From Planctomycetales bacterium 71-10 (lineage in GTDB: Bacteria; Planctomycetota; Planctomycetia; Isosphaerales; Isosphaeraceae): a DNA stretch of 64,000 nt. The translations under genes were made by a program, and so were the position numbers. The stretch spans positions 22,856 to 86,855 of the forward strand of contig MKTT01000061.1 in assembly GCA_001898385.1 (NCBI GenBank), read 5' to 3'. Position 1 is the stretch's first letter. Each line of letters starts with the position of its first letter. The notes below the pieces were generated by a model. The model saw only the letters and a program-made list of their open reading frames with translations. It did not search any database and was not told the DNA's origin. This document shows, one piece after another, positions 48,940-59,091 of this stretch.

Positions 48940-50367
48940 TCAGGCGAGGATCTCGTGGATGACCTCGCCGTGGACGTCGGTGAGGCGGCGGTCGATGCCG
49001 GCGTTGCGGAACGTGAGCCGGGTGTGGTCGACGCCCAGCAGGTGCAGGATCGTGGCGTGCAGGTCGTAGCAGTAGGTCTTCCCCTCGACGGCCTGGTATC
49101 CCAGGTCGTCGCTGCGGCCGTGCGCCACGCCCGCCTTGATCCCCGCCCCCGCCAGCCAGGTGACGAACGAGCCGCCGTTGTGGTCCCGCCCCAGCGAACC
49201 CTGCGCGAACGGCGTGCGGCCGAACTCGGTCGACCAGACGACGAGCGTGTCTTCCAGCAGGCCGCGGGCCTTGAGGTCGCCGAGCAGGGCGGCGATGGGA
49301 CGGTCGACGCTGGCGGCCATCGGCGGCAGCTCGGCCGGGATGTTGCCGTGGTTGTCCCAGTTGTCAGCGGCCCCCTGCGGCCCGCTCCAGACCTGCACGA
49401 TCCGCGTCCCGCGCTCGATCAGCCGGCGGGCCAGCAGGCAGCGGCGGCCGAAATCGGCCGTGCGGTCCTCGTCCAGCCCATACGCCTTGCGGACCACGTT
49501 CGACTCGCGCGAGAGGTCGAAGACCTCCGGCGCGCTGAGCTGCATCTTCGCGGCCAGCTCATACGAGGCGATCCGGGCCTCCAGCCGCGAGTCGTCGCCG
49601 CGGGCCTCGGCGTGGCGGCGGTTGAAGCGGCCGAGCGCCGCCAGGCCGTCGCGGTCGGCGTCGGCGCCGACGAACGGGAACGAGGGATCCGGGAAGAGGT
49701 CGGGGACGGGCCGCGGCGATCCGGCGTGGATCATGGTCCCCTGATGCCGCGCCGGGAGGAACCCCGCGCCGAAGTCCGCCTTCTGGTTGTACGGCAGGCC
49801 GCGGGGGTCGGGCAGGACCACGAACGCGGGGAGGTCGTCCGCCAGGCTGCCGAGGCCGTAGGAGATCCAGGCGCCCATGCTGGGGAACCCGGGGAGGACG
49901 AACCCGGTGTTCATCATGAAGCTGGCGGGGCCGTGGACGTTGGTCTTGGAGGCCATCGCCATCAGGAACGCCATCTCGTCGACCCACTGCGCCTGATGCG
50001 GGAAGACCTCGCTGACCCACTGCCCGCGCTCCCCGTAGCGTCGGAACTTGAACGGCGTCTTCATGATGGCCCCGGCCGGCGCCGTGAAGCCTTCCGGCTT
50101 CTCCTTCGGGCCGATGCTCTGGCCGTGGAGCCGGTCCAGCTCGGGCTTGTAGTCGAACGTGTCCATCGGGCTCGCGCCGCCGTTCATGAACAGCTGGATG
50201 ACGCGCCTGGCCTTGGCCGGGTGGTGCAGCCCGCCGATGGCCCCGGCGTCGGCGGCCCCCTCGCGGGCGAGCATGTGCGCCAGGGCGACGGAGCCGATCC
50301 CCCCGCCCAGCCCGGCGAGGAAGTCGCGACGCGAGACGGCCGGCCGGCGATCGAGGGGGCGGTTCAT
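48940..50367 (-). CDS. DUF1501 domain protein (Tat)
   Basis: SRRDFL, AKARRVIQLFMNGGAS, WDNH, TEFGRTP, GRDHN, DLHATILHLLG. Confidence 0.93.
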   Translation of the reverse strand: MNRPLDRRPAVSRRDFLAGLGGGIGSVALAHMLAREGAADAGAIGGLHHPAKARRVIQLFMNGGASPMDTFDYKPELDRLHGQSIGPKEKPEGFTAPAGAIMKTPFKFRRYGERGQWVSEVFPHQAQWVDEMAFLMAMASKTNVHGPASFMMNTGFVLPGFPSMGAWISYGLGSLADDLPAFVVLPDPRGLPYNQKADFGAGFLPARHQGTMIHAGSPRPVPDLFPDPSFPFVGADADRDGLAALGRFNRRHAEARGDDSRLEARIASYELAAKMQLSAPEVFDLSRESNVVRKAYGLDEDRTADFGRRCLLARRLIERGTRIVQVWSGPQGAADNWDNHGNIPAELPPMAASVDRPIAALLGDLKARGLLEDTLVVWSTEFGRTPFAQGSLGRDHNGGSFVTWLAGAGIKAGVAHGRSDDLGYQAVEGKTYCYDLHATILHLLGVDHTRLTFRNAGIDRRLTDVHGEVIHEILA

Positions 50368-50370
50368 GCG

Positions 50371-53343
50371 TCAGTCCACGAAGAGGAATTCGTTGCTGTT
50401 GAACAGGACCCGGCCGACGGCGGCCGCGCCTCGCGATTCGGCCAGGGCGCGGAACTCGGCCAGCTCGGCCGGATCCGGGTCGCGGAGCAGCACCAGCCGG
50501 AACGCGGCGCGGATCCGCCCGTCGGCCGACGGGTCGATCGCCTCCACGCGGGCCGCCAAACGGGCGGCGGCGCGGAGCACGAACGGGTTGTTGTAGAGCG
50601 TCAGCGCCTGGAGCGGCGAGGCCGAGAACCCCCGCGACGGCGTGAGCAGGCCGGCGTCGGGGAAGTCCAGGGCCTCGAACAGCGGGTCGGGGATCCCGCG
50701 CCAGACGACGCGGTAGATCGAACGGCGGTCGGCCGAAGGGGACTCGGGGTCGAACGCCTCGTAGTCGAGCTTGGGCGTGACCTGGGCCCCGGGCGAGGTG
50801 GTGAAGTGGGCGTCGCCCGGCCCGCCGGCGCGGTCGTCGAGGCGGCCGGTGGCGGCGAGGACCGCGTCGCGGAACTCCTCGGCGTCGAGCCGGCGGCGGG
50901 GCATGCGCCAGGCCAGGCGGGCATCCGGGTCGACGGCCGTCGCGTCCTCGCGGCCGGCCGAGGATCGCCGGTAGGCCGCGCTGGTGCAGATCAGCCGGTG
51001 CAGCCGCTTGACGGAGCCGCCGTCGCGCAGCTCGACGGCCAGCCAGTCCAGCAATTCGGGATGCGACGGGACCTCGCCCATGCGGCCGAAGTCGCTCGGG
51101 GTGTCGCTGAGGCCCCGGCCGAAGTGCTGCTGCCAGATGCGGTTGGCCAGGCTCCGCCACGTCAGCGGGTTGCGAGCGTCGGCCAGCCAGTCGGCGAGCG
51201 CCGCGCGCCGGGCGGATTCATCGCCTTTTGCGGCGGAGTCGAAGCGGGAATCCAGCCCTGCGACGGCCGACAGGGCCCCGGGCCCGACCTCGGGCCCCGG
51301 CGCGTCGATGTCGCCGCGGCGGAGGAGGTGGATGGGCCTGGGCGTCGCGTAGGCGACGACCCCGCGCTCGTTCTCGGCGGCCTTCGACGCGGCGTAGACC
51401 TTCGCGGGAGCCGGCAGCCGGGCCAAATCGTCCTCCGCGACGGCCCGCAGGACGACGGCCGCTAGCGCCAGCCGCTGGGCGTCCGTGCGGTCGGCCTCCG
51501 GCGTCGCGAGCGCCTCCCGAGCGGCCTCCGGGAGCACGAGCAGCGATTCGCCCGGGGCGTCGGAGGTCGAGACGCGGAACCGCCCCAGGGTGTGGGCCCG
51601 GCCGTGGCCCTGCTTCAGGGCCACGACCAGCCGCGACCCGGCCGGCAACTCCGCCGGGGCCTCCAGCTCGAAGACGGCCTCGTGCGCCTCGCCGACCTTC
51701 GGGAAGATCCCCCAGGCGGTGGCGGGGTCGCCGTCGATGGCGTGGGCGGCGGTCCAGTTCTCCTGGTCCCAGTCGGCCGAGGCCCTCCGGAACTTCAGGT
51801 CCCGGGGCTTCGCCTCGCCGGGCGCGACGACCTGGGCGGTGACCTCCGACAGGTGGAAGTTGCCGTTGTCCGCCCGGCCGGGCCCGCGGCCGGGGAGGGC
51901 GTCGTCGGGGAGGACTTCCAGCCGGATCCCGGCGATGCGGCCGGGGGGCGGCTTCAGCGTGAGCGTCGCGACGTCCTTCTCGGGCCGGGCCCCCGCGACG
52001 AGGATCGAGCCGTCCGGCCGGCGCTCCAGGGTCGCGCCGTCGGACGAGGCGAGGGCCTCGACGTCCGCCGGCCGCCACGCCGCGTCGACGCCCCCGCGCC
52101 GGCGCTCCCAGGCGGCGACCCGCTCGCGGTTCTCCGTCGCGAGGAGGACCGCCGCGTCGCCCCCTCGGATCGAGGCGAGGAACGCGCGGATCTCGCGACG
52201 ACGCGCCGCGACCTCGTCGTCGGCGTCGAACTCCACGTTCCCCTTGCCCACGCCCGCGAAGACGGCCTGGAGGGCGTAGTAGTCCTCCTGCGGGATGGGG
52301 TCGAACTTGTGCGAGTGGCAGCGGGCGCAGTTGATGGTCGTGCTGGCGAACGCCGCGATCGTCTGCGTCACCAGGTCGTCGCGGTCGAGGTTCTCGAAGT
52401 TCCGCGGCGCGGTCCCCGCGGCGCTCCGGTCGTAGGGCCCGGCGCCGAGGAACCCCAGGGCGACGGTCAGGCTGGGGCGGTCGGGATGGAAGGCGTCGGC
52501 GGCGAGCTGCTGGCGGATGAACTCCGCCCAGGGGAGGTCGCGGTTGAAGGCGGCGATGACGTAGTCGCGATAGCGCCAGGCGTGGGGCCGGAACTCGTCG
52601 TGCTCGAAGCCGTGCGTATCGGCGAAGTGGATCACGTCCAGCCACTTCCGGGCCTGGCGCTCGCCGTACCGCGGCGAGGCCAGCAGGCGGTCGACCAGGC
52701 GATCGTAGGCCGCGGGGTCGGCGTCGGCGACGAAGGCGTCGACCTCCTCGAGGGTCGGCGGCAGGCCGGTCAGGTCGTGGTGGAGCCGTCGGATCAAGGT
52801 CCGGCGGTCGGCCTCGGCGACGGGCCGGATCCCCTCGGCGTCGAGCTTCGCGAGGAGGAAGGCGTCGATCGGGTTGCGGACGTCGCCGCGGGCGGCGGGG
52901 ACCTCGGGGCGGGCGAGGGGCCGGAGCGACCACCAGTCGGACGTGGGGGCGGCCGGCGGCGCGGCGTCGGGCGTGCGCGGGTCGACCGCCCCGGCGACGA
53001 TCCAGGCGCGGAAGTCGGCGGCGACGGCGGCCGGGAGCTTCGCCTTCGGGGGCATCGGGGGCGCGTCGTCGGCGTGCTCGATGGCCCGGAGGAGCAGGCT
53101 CTCCTCGGGATCCCCCGGCACGACGGCCGGGCCCGAGTCGCCGCCGCCGCGGACGTGGTCGCGCGTGTCGACCCGCAGCCCCCCCTTCGGCGCGGGGCCG
53201 TCGCCGTGGCACTTCGAGCAATGCTCGACCAGCACGGGCCGGATCTTCGTCTCGAAGAACGCGACCGACGCGGCGTCCTCGCCCGCATGGGCGGGGGCCG
53301 CCAGGAAGGCGAGGAAGATCAGGAGGAAGGAGGCGAGACGCAT
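50371..53343 (-). CDS. Planctomycete cytochrome c / DUF1549 / DUF1553 protein with galactose-binding-like insert
   Basis: CSKCH and CARCH heme motifs; NPIDAF, RYGER, ANRIWQQHFGRGL, PSHPELLDWLA. Confidence 0.93.
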   Translation of the reverse strand: MRLASFLLIFLAFLAAPAHAGEDAASVAFFETKIRPVLVEHCSKCHGDGPAPKGGLRVDTRDHVRGGGDSGPAVVPGDPEESLLLRAIEHADDAPPMPPKAKLPAAVAADFRAWIVAGAVDPRTPDAAPPAAPTSDWWSLRPLARPEVPAARGDVRNPIDAFLLAKLDAEGIRPVAEADRRTLIRRLHHDLTGLPPTLEEVDAFVADADPAAYDRLVDRLLASPRYGERQARKWLDVIHFADTHGFEHDEFRPHAWRYRDYVIAAFNRDLPWAEFIRQQLAADAFHPDRPSLTVALGFLGAGPYDRSAAGTAPRNFENLDRDDLVTQTIAAFASTTINCARCHSHKFDPIPQEDYYALQAVFAGVGKGNVEFDADDEVAARRREIRAFLASIRGGDAAVLLATENRERVAAWERRRGGVDAAWRPADVEALASSDGATLERRPDGSILVAGARPEKDVATLTLKPPPGRIAGIRLEVLPDDALPGRGPGRADNGNFHLSEVTAQVVAPGEAKPRDLKFRRASADWDQENWTAAHAIDGDPATAWGIFPKVGEAHEAVFELEAPAELPAGSRLVVALKQGHGRAHTLGRFRVSTSDAPGESLLVLPEAAREALATPEADRTDAQRLALAAVVLRAVAEDDLARLPAPAKVYAASKAAENERGVVAYATPRPIHLLRRGDIDAPGPEVGPGALSAVAGLDSRFDSAAKGDESARRAALADWLADARNPLTWRSLANRIWQQHFGRGLSDTPSDFGRMGEVPSHPELLDWLAVELRDGGSVKRLHRLICTSAAYRRSSAGREDATAVDPDARLAWRMPRRRLDAEEFRDAVLAATGRLDDRAGGPGDAHFTTSPGAQVTPKLDYEAFDPESPSADRRSIYRVVWRGIPDPLFEALDFPDAGLLTPSRGFSASPLQALTLYNNPFVLRAAARLAARVEAIDPSADGRIRAAFRLVLLRDPDPAELAEFRALAESRGAAAVGRVLFNSNEFLFVD

Positions 53344-53434
53344 CGGCGGGCCCCTCGGCATGCGGTTCCGGGCGGCGGCGTCGGGCGGGTCGACGCCCCC
53401 CGCGGCGGCGCGGGGGGCGTCGAGGTTCGGCGGC

Positions 53435-55348
53435 TCAGTCGTACTTCAGGATCGCGCCGGTGTCGGCGCTGGTGGCGAGCTTCTGGTAGCGGGCGAGCCA
53501 GCCGGAGCGGAACTTCGAAGGCCGGGGCTGCCACGCGGCGCGGCGGGCGGCCAGCTCTTCGTCGGAGAGGCGGACGGCCAGCTTGCCGGCGGGGATGTCG
53601 ACCTCGACGATGTCGCCGTCGCGGATCAGGCCGATGGGGCCGCCGACGGCCGCCTCGGGGCTGACGTGGCCGATCGACGCGCCGGCGGTCCCGCCGGAGA
53701 AGCGGCCGTCGGTGATGAGGGCGCACTTGTCGTCCAGGCCGACGCCCTTCACGGCGGTCGTCGGGGCGAGCATCTCCTGCATGCCGGGGCCGCCGCGCGG
53801 GCCCTCATACCGGATGACGATGACGTCGCCGGCCTTCACCTTGCCGAAGACGATGCCGTTGTAGGCGTCCTCCTCGCTTTCGAAGATGACCGCCGGGCCG
53901 GAGTGGACGAACATCTTGGGGCTCACGCCGGCCGTCTTCACGACGGCGCCGTCGGGGGCGAGGTTCCCCTTCAGCATCGTCAGCCCGCCCGTCTTCGAGT
54001 AGGCGTTCTCGACGGTCCGGATCACGTCGTAGGCGTCGTAGCCGTCGTCGGCGGGGCCGTCGCCGTTCCCGGCCCCGTTCCCGTTCGAGCCGACCACCTC
54101 CGACTCGCCCTCGGATTCGAGCACGGCCAGGCCCGCCGCCTGCGAGCGCGGGTCGTCGCCGACGCTGGCGACGGTCCACGCCTGGGACGTGCGCTCGCCG
54201 CCGGGGCGGACGCGGGTCATCGTGCGGGCGGATTGCAGGGCGTTGGCGCCGCGGACGTCGTACGCCTCGATGTTCTCGCCCAGCGTCTTGCCGGTGACGG
54301 TCCGGGTGGTCAGGTCGAGCAGGCCGGGGAGGCCGCGGGCGACCTCGCCGAGGATCGTGTGGATGCCCCCGGCGCGGGCGACGTCCTCGATGTGATACTT
54401 GCTGGACGGGCTGACCTTGCAGATGTTGGGCGTCTTCTTGCTCAGCTCGTCGATCCGCTCCAGGCTGAACGGGACGCCCGCCTCGTGGGCGATGGCCAGG
54501 ATGTGCAGGACGGTGTTGGTGCTGCCCCCCATGGCCATGTCCAGGACCATCGCGTTGTCGAACGCGGCGGCCGTGGCGATCTCGCGCGGGAGCAGGCCGT
54601 GGCCCTCGCCGACGCGGCCGAACTCCTTCGCCATCTCGACGACCCGCTTCGCGGCGGCCTCGAACAGGGCCTTGCGGTCGGCGGCGGTGGCCAGGATCGT
54701 GCCGTTGCCGGGCAGGGCCATGCCCAGGGCCTCGGCCAGGCAGTTCATGCTGTTGGCCGTGAACATGCCGGAGCAGCTGCCGCAGGTGGGGCAGGCGGCC
54801 TTCTCGATCGCGTCCAGCTCCTCGGCCGAGATCTCGCCGCGGGCCTTCTGGACGCCGCCGACGAAGGCGTCGATCAGGTCGACCGTCTTGCCGTCGGCCG
54901 TCTTGCCGGCCTCCATCGGGCCGCCGGAGACGAAGACCGTCGGCACGTTCACGCGCATCGCGCCCATGAACATGCCGGGGACGATCTTGTCGCAGTTGGG
55001 GATGCAGATCATCCCGTCGAACATGTGCGCGTTGATCATCGTCTCGACGGAGTCGGCGATCAGCTCGCGCGAGGGGAGCGAATACTTCATGCCGACGTGG
55101 CCCATCGCGATGCCGTCGTCGACGCCGATCGTGTTGAAGATGAACGGCACGCCCCCGGCCGCCCGCACGCACTCCTTGACGAAGTTGCCGACCTCTTGCA
55201 GGTGGACGTGGCCGGGGATGATGTCGACGTGGCTGTTGCAGATGGCGATGAACGGCTTCTTCCAGTCGTCCTCGCGGACGCCGGTGGCGCGCAGGAGGCT
55301 GCGGTGACCCGCGCGCGCGTCGCCTTTCTTGATCGTGTCGGAACGCAT
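53435..55348 (-). CDS. ilvD: Dihydroxy-acid dehydratase
   Basis: [46 protein letters not shown]. Confidence 0.97.
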   Translation of the reverse strand: MRSDTIKKGDARAGHRSLLRATGVREDDWKKPFIAICNSHVDIIPGHVHLQEVGNFVKECVRAAGGVPFIFNTIGVDDGIAMGHVGMKYSLPSRELIADSVETMINAHMFDGMICIPNCDKIVPGMFMGAMRVNVPTVFVSGGPMEAGKTADGKTVDLIDAFVGGVQKARGEISAEELDAIEKAACPTCGSCSGMFTANSMNCLAEALGMALPGNGTILATAADRKALFEAAAKRVVEMAKEFGRVGEGHGLLPREIATAAAFDNAMVLDMAMGGSTNTVLHILAIAHEAGVPFSLERIDELSKKTPNICKVSPSSKYHIEDVARAGGIHTILGEVARGLPGLLDLTTRTVTGKTLGENIEAYDVRGANALQSARTMTRVRPGGERTSQAWTVASVGDDPRSQAAGLAVLESEGESEVVGSNGNGAGNGDGPADDGYDAYDVIRTVENAYSKTGGLTMLKGNLAPDGAVVKTAGVSPKMFVHSGPAVIFESEEDAYNGIVFGKVKAGDVIVIRYEGPRGGPGMQEMLAPTTAVKGVGLDDKCALITDGRFSGGTAGASIGHVSPEAAVGGPIGLIRDGDIVEVDIPAGKLAVRLSDEELAARRAAWQPRPSKFRSGWLARYQKLATSADTGAILKYD

Positions 55349-55549
55349 GGCATCGTCCTCGGTCGGCGGACCGTCTGTGGGCAGGGGGACCCTCGCTGCG
55401 ACCCATGATCGTAGCAGAAGTCACGCCGGCCCTCCAAGCCGCCTGCGACGCCGTCGTCTTGACGACGGTGCCACGCCGGGGTACTGTTTGTCGTGGCGGC
55501 CGAGCTGCCCTGGACGTCTCCATCGGGGGCCGCCATCGGAGATGAGTCG

Positions 55550-55938
55550 GTGTCCGATCCCCGCTCGCCCGACCCCGGAGCCCGCGACCCGAAGGCTTGT
55601 TCGTTCATCTGGTCGCCGTCGTTTCGCGCCCGCTGGGATCGCCTCAAGCTGCCCGTCGACGACCTACGCTCGAAGGCCTCATCCAGGCCTCGCCGAAAGG
55701 CTGGGTCGTGGTGCCCGGATCGAATGGCATGCGCAAGGTCCGGTTCTCGCCCCCCAGCCTTCGAAGGGGCAAAAGCGGCGCTTATCGCGTGTTCTACCTG
55801 GACGCCCTCGAGCACGGCCTCTTCTTCCTGATCACGATCATCGACAAGGGCGAGGAGGCGAATCTTACGCGAGACGACGTCAACCATTTCGCGGGCCAGA
55901 TCGCCGAGATCAAGCGACTTCTGAGAGACAAGAAATAG
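55550..55938 (+). pseudogene. RelE/HigB-family toxin, frameshifted near 55664-55672
   Basis: One frame gives ...SFIWSPSFRARWDRLKLPVDDLR; the next frame gives LEGLIQASPKGWVVVPGSNGMRKVRF...GKSGAYRVFY; adding 1 nt restores ~129 aa. Confidence 0.72.
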
Positions 55939-55997
55939 GCCGGGCCTCACGGGTCGCAGGTCCGCCGACTCGACGCCCGGGGCTTGGAGTGGAATTT

Positions 55998-56342
55998 ATG
56001 GACGATGAGAAGCACCTCTCCCCGTTGGGGGCGGAGATCGCAGCCAGCCTGGACGAGGTGATCGACGCCCTCAGGTCCGGCGAACCGCTTGAGAAGCGTT
56101 TCACCGTCCGCACGGTCTCGCTCGACCTGGAGCCGCACGCCTACGCCCCGGACGACGTCAAGGCGGCCCGACGGAAGCTCGGCGCCAGCCAGCCGCTCCT
56201 GGCCAAGTTCATCGGCGTGAGCGTGAAGACGCTGCGAGCCTGGGAGCAGGGGACTCGCCCCGTCCCGACCATCGCGGCCCGTTTCCTGGACGAGATCCAA
56301 GCCACGCCGGAAATCTGGACGCGACGGCTTCGGACCCCCTGA
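55998..56342 (+). CDS. HigA-like XRE-HTH antitoxin
   Basis: VKAARRKLGASQPLLAKFIGVSVKTLRAWEQG; directly follows the toxin. Confidence 0.88.
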   Translation: MDDEKHLSPLGAEIAASLDEVIDALRSGEPLEKRFTVRTVSLDLEPHAYAPDDVKAARRKLGASQPLLAKFIGVSVKTLRAWEQGTRPVPTIAARFLDEIQATPEIWTRRLRTP

Positions 56343-56477
56343 TCTTTCGTCCCCGATCGACTCCATCGGGCCCTCCACCGACCAGGCCCCGAACCCCTTC
56401 CCGTCTTGACGATCGCGAGGGGGCCGATACAGTCGCGTGCGGCGGCGGAGGGGGAGGAGCGGTCGGGAGGGGCGGCG

Positions 56478-56816
56478 GTGACGCAAGGATCGGGCGCGAC
56501 CAGGCCGCGACGGCCGCCGATCTCGTCGCACTGGCTGGCCCGCCTGGGGTTCGTCATGAGCCATCAGCCGGGCGTCTCGCGCGCCTGGCGGCTCGACGTG
56601 GGGGACGACTATCTCCTCGTCACGGACGTCGGCGGGTACGACGTCCCCGAGCCCGGGGCGCCGGCCTCGGCCTACGCGTTCACCCGGTCGGACGACCTGC
56701 TGGAGTTCGAGGAAGTCTTGATCGACTCCCGCTCGCTCCACGGCTGGGTCCGGTCCGCCTCGCGGCGATGCCGCCGCCGCTCGCGCCAGGGCGGGGGAGC
56801 CTCGCTCACGCCTTGA
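56478..56816 (+). CDS. Hypothetical protein (~112 aa)
   Basis: GTG after GGAGG; globular-looking core WLARLGF...WRLDVGDDYLLVTDVGGYD; no family recognised. Confidence 0.5.
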   Translation: MTQGSGATRPRRPPISSHWLARLGFVMSHQPGVSRAWRLDVGDDYLLVTDVGGYDVPEPGAPASAYAFTRSDDLLEFEEVLIDSRSLHGWVRSASRRCRRRSRQGGGASLTP

Positions 56817-57471
56817 GTTCGAGCGTCGACCAGAGGCCGGGGTTCTCGCCGACGGGGAAGTCGCGGCCGACCCCGAGGAACTGGTCCTCGCGCTCGGCGT
56901 CGGAGACCTGATAGGCGAAGCCCAGCCGCCGGTTGACGTCCGGGTCGTAGCCGTGGAGCGCCTTCGCGGGCAGGAAGAGTTCGAGCTTCCAGCCCTTCCT
57001 GAGCAGTTCGGCGCGGTGGCGGAGGAGGGAAGGGGGGGCGATCGGGGCCTCGGCGGTGGCGCGGGCGATGGCGCGCTGCTCGACCTCGGCGTTCAGCGAC
57101 TTCTTATCGCGGCCCAGGGTCAGCCGGGCGTGGAAGCGGTGGCAGAAGCGGGTCGCGCGGGCGACGTTGCGGGTGTCGCGGGTGTCGATCCAGAGCGAGA
57201 CGTTCGCGAAGCCCTCGGGTCGGTCGGGCGACTTCGCGTTCGCCCCGAGCCCCTCGGCCTCGATCGCGATCCCCAGGCCCTCCGGGTTCCAGCCGACCCG
57301 GACGTGCGCCCAGGACTCGCGGCCGTCGAGCGCCGCCAGGTCCGGGATGGCGCAGGACTTCGGCAGGTCGAGCAGCGGGCCCGAGTCCCCGGGCCGGGGG
57401 ATGTCGTCCACGCGAGGGGCGGACGCGGCCACGCGGAACCAGAACGCTTGCGGCAGCAGGAGGGAGGACAT
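56806..57471 (-). CDS. Conserved hypothetical protein, CBM9/DOMON-like fold possible
   Basis: VRVGWNPEGL, LWIDTRDT, WKLELFLPAKALHGYDP, LGFAYQV; ATG at 57471. Confidence 0.75.
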   Translation of the reverse strand: MSSLLLPQAFWFRVAASAPRVDDIPRPGDSGPLLDLPKSCAIPDLAALDGRESWAHVRVGWNPEGLGIAIEAEGLGANAKSPDRPEGFANVSLWIDTRDTRNVARATRFCHRFHARLTLGRDKKSLNAEVEQRAIARATAEAPIAPPSLLRHRAELLRKGWKLELFLPAKALHGYDPDVNRRLGFAYQVSDAEREDQFLGVGRDFPVGENPGLWSTLELKA

Positions 57472-57485
57472 CGCGGGCGCTCCGG

Positions 57486-57809
57486 TCAATCGAGGGTGCT
57501 GTCGACGTAAGGCTTAGGCCCCGCGGTCCCGCGGAGCAGGGCGGAGGCGATCATCCCGGTCCCGAGGCACACGAACAGGGCCGGCAGGCTGAACCGCATC
57601 GTCGCCCAGGCGCCCAGCAGGATCATCAATGCCCCGGCCCGGCCGGCGTCGCGACGCTCCGGATGACGGTACGCCGTCGCGAGTCCCGTCGCGCCGCCCA
57701 AAAACAGGATCCCCGGCCAGACCCAACGCGCCTCCAGCAGCGCCGCCAGGCCGATCAGCCAGAGGCCGGCGATGATGAGGCCGGACTTGTCGTGGGTGGG
57801 ACGATTCAC
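57486..57809 (-). CDS. Small membrane protein (paralog A)
   Basis: About 4 hydrophobic helices; WPGILFLGGA...RHPERR...RAGA; ends KPYVDSTLD. Confidence 0.7.
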   Translation of the reverse strand: MNRPTHDKSGLIIAGLWLIGLAALLEARWVWPGILFLGGATGLATAYRHPERRDAGRAGALMILLGAWATMRFSLPALFVCLGTGMIASALLRGTAGPKPYVDSTLD

Positions 57810-57831
57810 GGTCCGGGCCTCCCAGGCTTCG

Positions 57832-58158
57832 TCATTCCAGCCGCATGTCCACCGCCGGCTTGCGATCGTCGGCCTGCCGTTCGACCATCCGATACAGGAT
57901 CACGCCCGCCGCGCCCAGGAGCAAAAGTTCCAGGACGCCGACGCGGCAGGCGACGACGAGGCCCAGGGCGACCAGCACGGCCCCGGCCCGGAACGACCGC
58001 CGCCGTTCGGGGTGTCGGCAGGCTTCGACGAGCCGGACGGCCCCGACCAGGAACAGGAGGTCGGGCCAGATCCGGTTGCGGAGGAGCATCAGGCCGATCC
58101 CGGCCAGCCACATCCCCCGCGTCAGTTGTTGCGTCCGTTCCCATCCCGCCGATCGCAT
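57832..58158 (-). CDS. Small membrane protein (paralog B)
   Basis: WPDLLFLVGA...RHPERR...RAGA; ends KPAVDMRLE. Confidence 0.7.
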   Translation of the reverse strand: MRSAGWERTQQLTRGMWLAGIGLMLLRNRIWPDLLFLVGAVRLVEACRHPERRRSFRAGAVLVALGLVVACRVGVLELLLLGAAGVILYRMVERQADDRKPAVDMRLE

Positions 58159-58587
58159 CGCGCCCCCCTCCCGTCGACACCTCGCGCCGTCTTCCCGGGT
58201 CTTCGGTCCTCGCCCGGGATTATTGGACCCCTCACGCCGTCGTGACCGCGGTTCGGGTGTCGCATTTTCGACGGAATCCTGAAATCCCGCGGCGTCCGGC
58301 CGGGATCATAGGGGTGGATCGTCGTTCCTTGACAATTCGGAAGCTCGGAACGGGAGCCGATGCGACCCGCCGCGACCCCGATGCGCGGAGGGCCGGCGCG
58401 AGCGAGTGGCCACCGGGCGGGTCGACGCCGGACCTGCGGCGAGGTCGACGACGGATCGTCGGAAACCCGATCGATTTCGACGAACGAAGCCGAAGTTGTT
58501 CGGCGAAACTGCTTGTCGTCCAAAGGTTTGCGATGATCGCTTCGGCGAAGCCGGCCGCGAACGAAGCCACCTCGGCCTGTCGCCGGA

Positions 58588-59058
58588 TCACGCGTCGTCG
58601 ATGGTCTTCAGGAGGTTGACCATCTCGATCGCGGCCATCGCGGCCTCGCCCCCCTTGTTGCCGGACTTGAGGCCGGAGCGGTTCAGGGCCTGCTCGACGG
58701 TCTCCGTGGTCAGGACGCCGAAGATCACCGGGACGCCCGTGGCCAGCCCGGCCTGGAGGATGCCGCCGGCGGCCTGGCCGGCGACGTGGTCGTAGTGGCC
58801 CGTCTCGCCCCGGATCACGCAGCCCAGGCAGATCACCGAGGCGTGCCCGCCGGCCTCGGCCAGCTTGCGGGCCACCAGCGGGACCTCGAAGGAGCCGGGG
58901 ACCCAGTAGACGTCCAGGCGGTCCTCGCCGACCCCGTGGCGCACGAAGGCGTCGCGGCAGCCGGCCAGCAGGGCCTCCGTCACCAGGGAGTTGAACCGCG
59001 ACACGACGATCGCGAACCGGCCCGACGGGGTGGAGAAGTCGCCTTCGTAGATCGGCAT
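58588..59058 (-). CDS. ribH: 6,7-dimethyl-8-ribityllumazine synthase
   Basis: VSRFN, VPGSFEVP, GCVIRGETGHYDHV, FGVLT, NKG. Confidence 0.97.
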   Translation of the reverse strand: MPIYEGDFSTPSGRFAIVVSRFNSLVTEALLAGCRDAFVRHGVGEDRLDVYWVPGSFEVPLVARKLAEAGGHASVICLGCVIRGETGHYDHVAGQAAGGILQAGLATGVPVIFGVLTTETVEQALNRSGLKSGNKGGEAAMAAIEMVNLLKTIDDA

Positions 59059-59091
59059 GGGAGTCCGGGGGCAGGGGGATGCGAGATGACC

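Noticed and set aside
58329-58334. Perfect TTGACA hexamer
   Set aside because: No -10 element at 16-18 bp and no plus-strand gene downstream.
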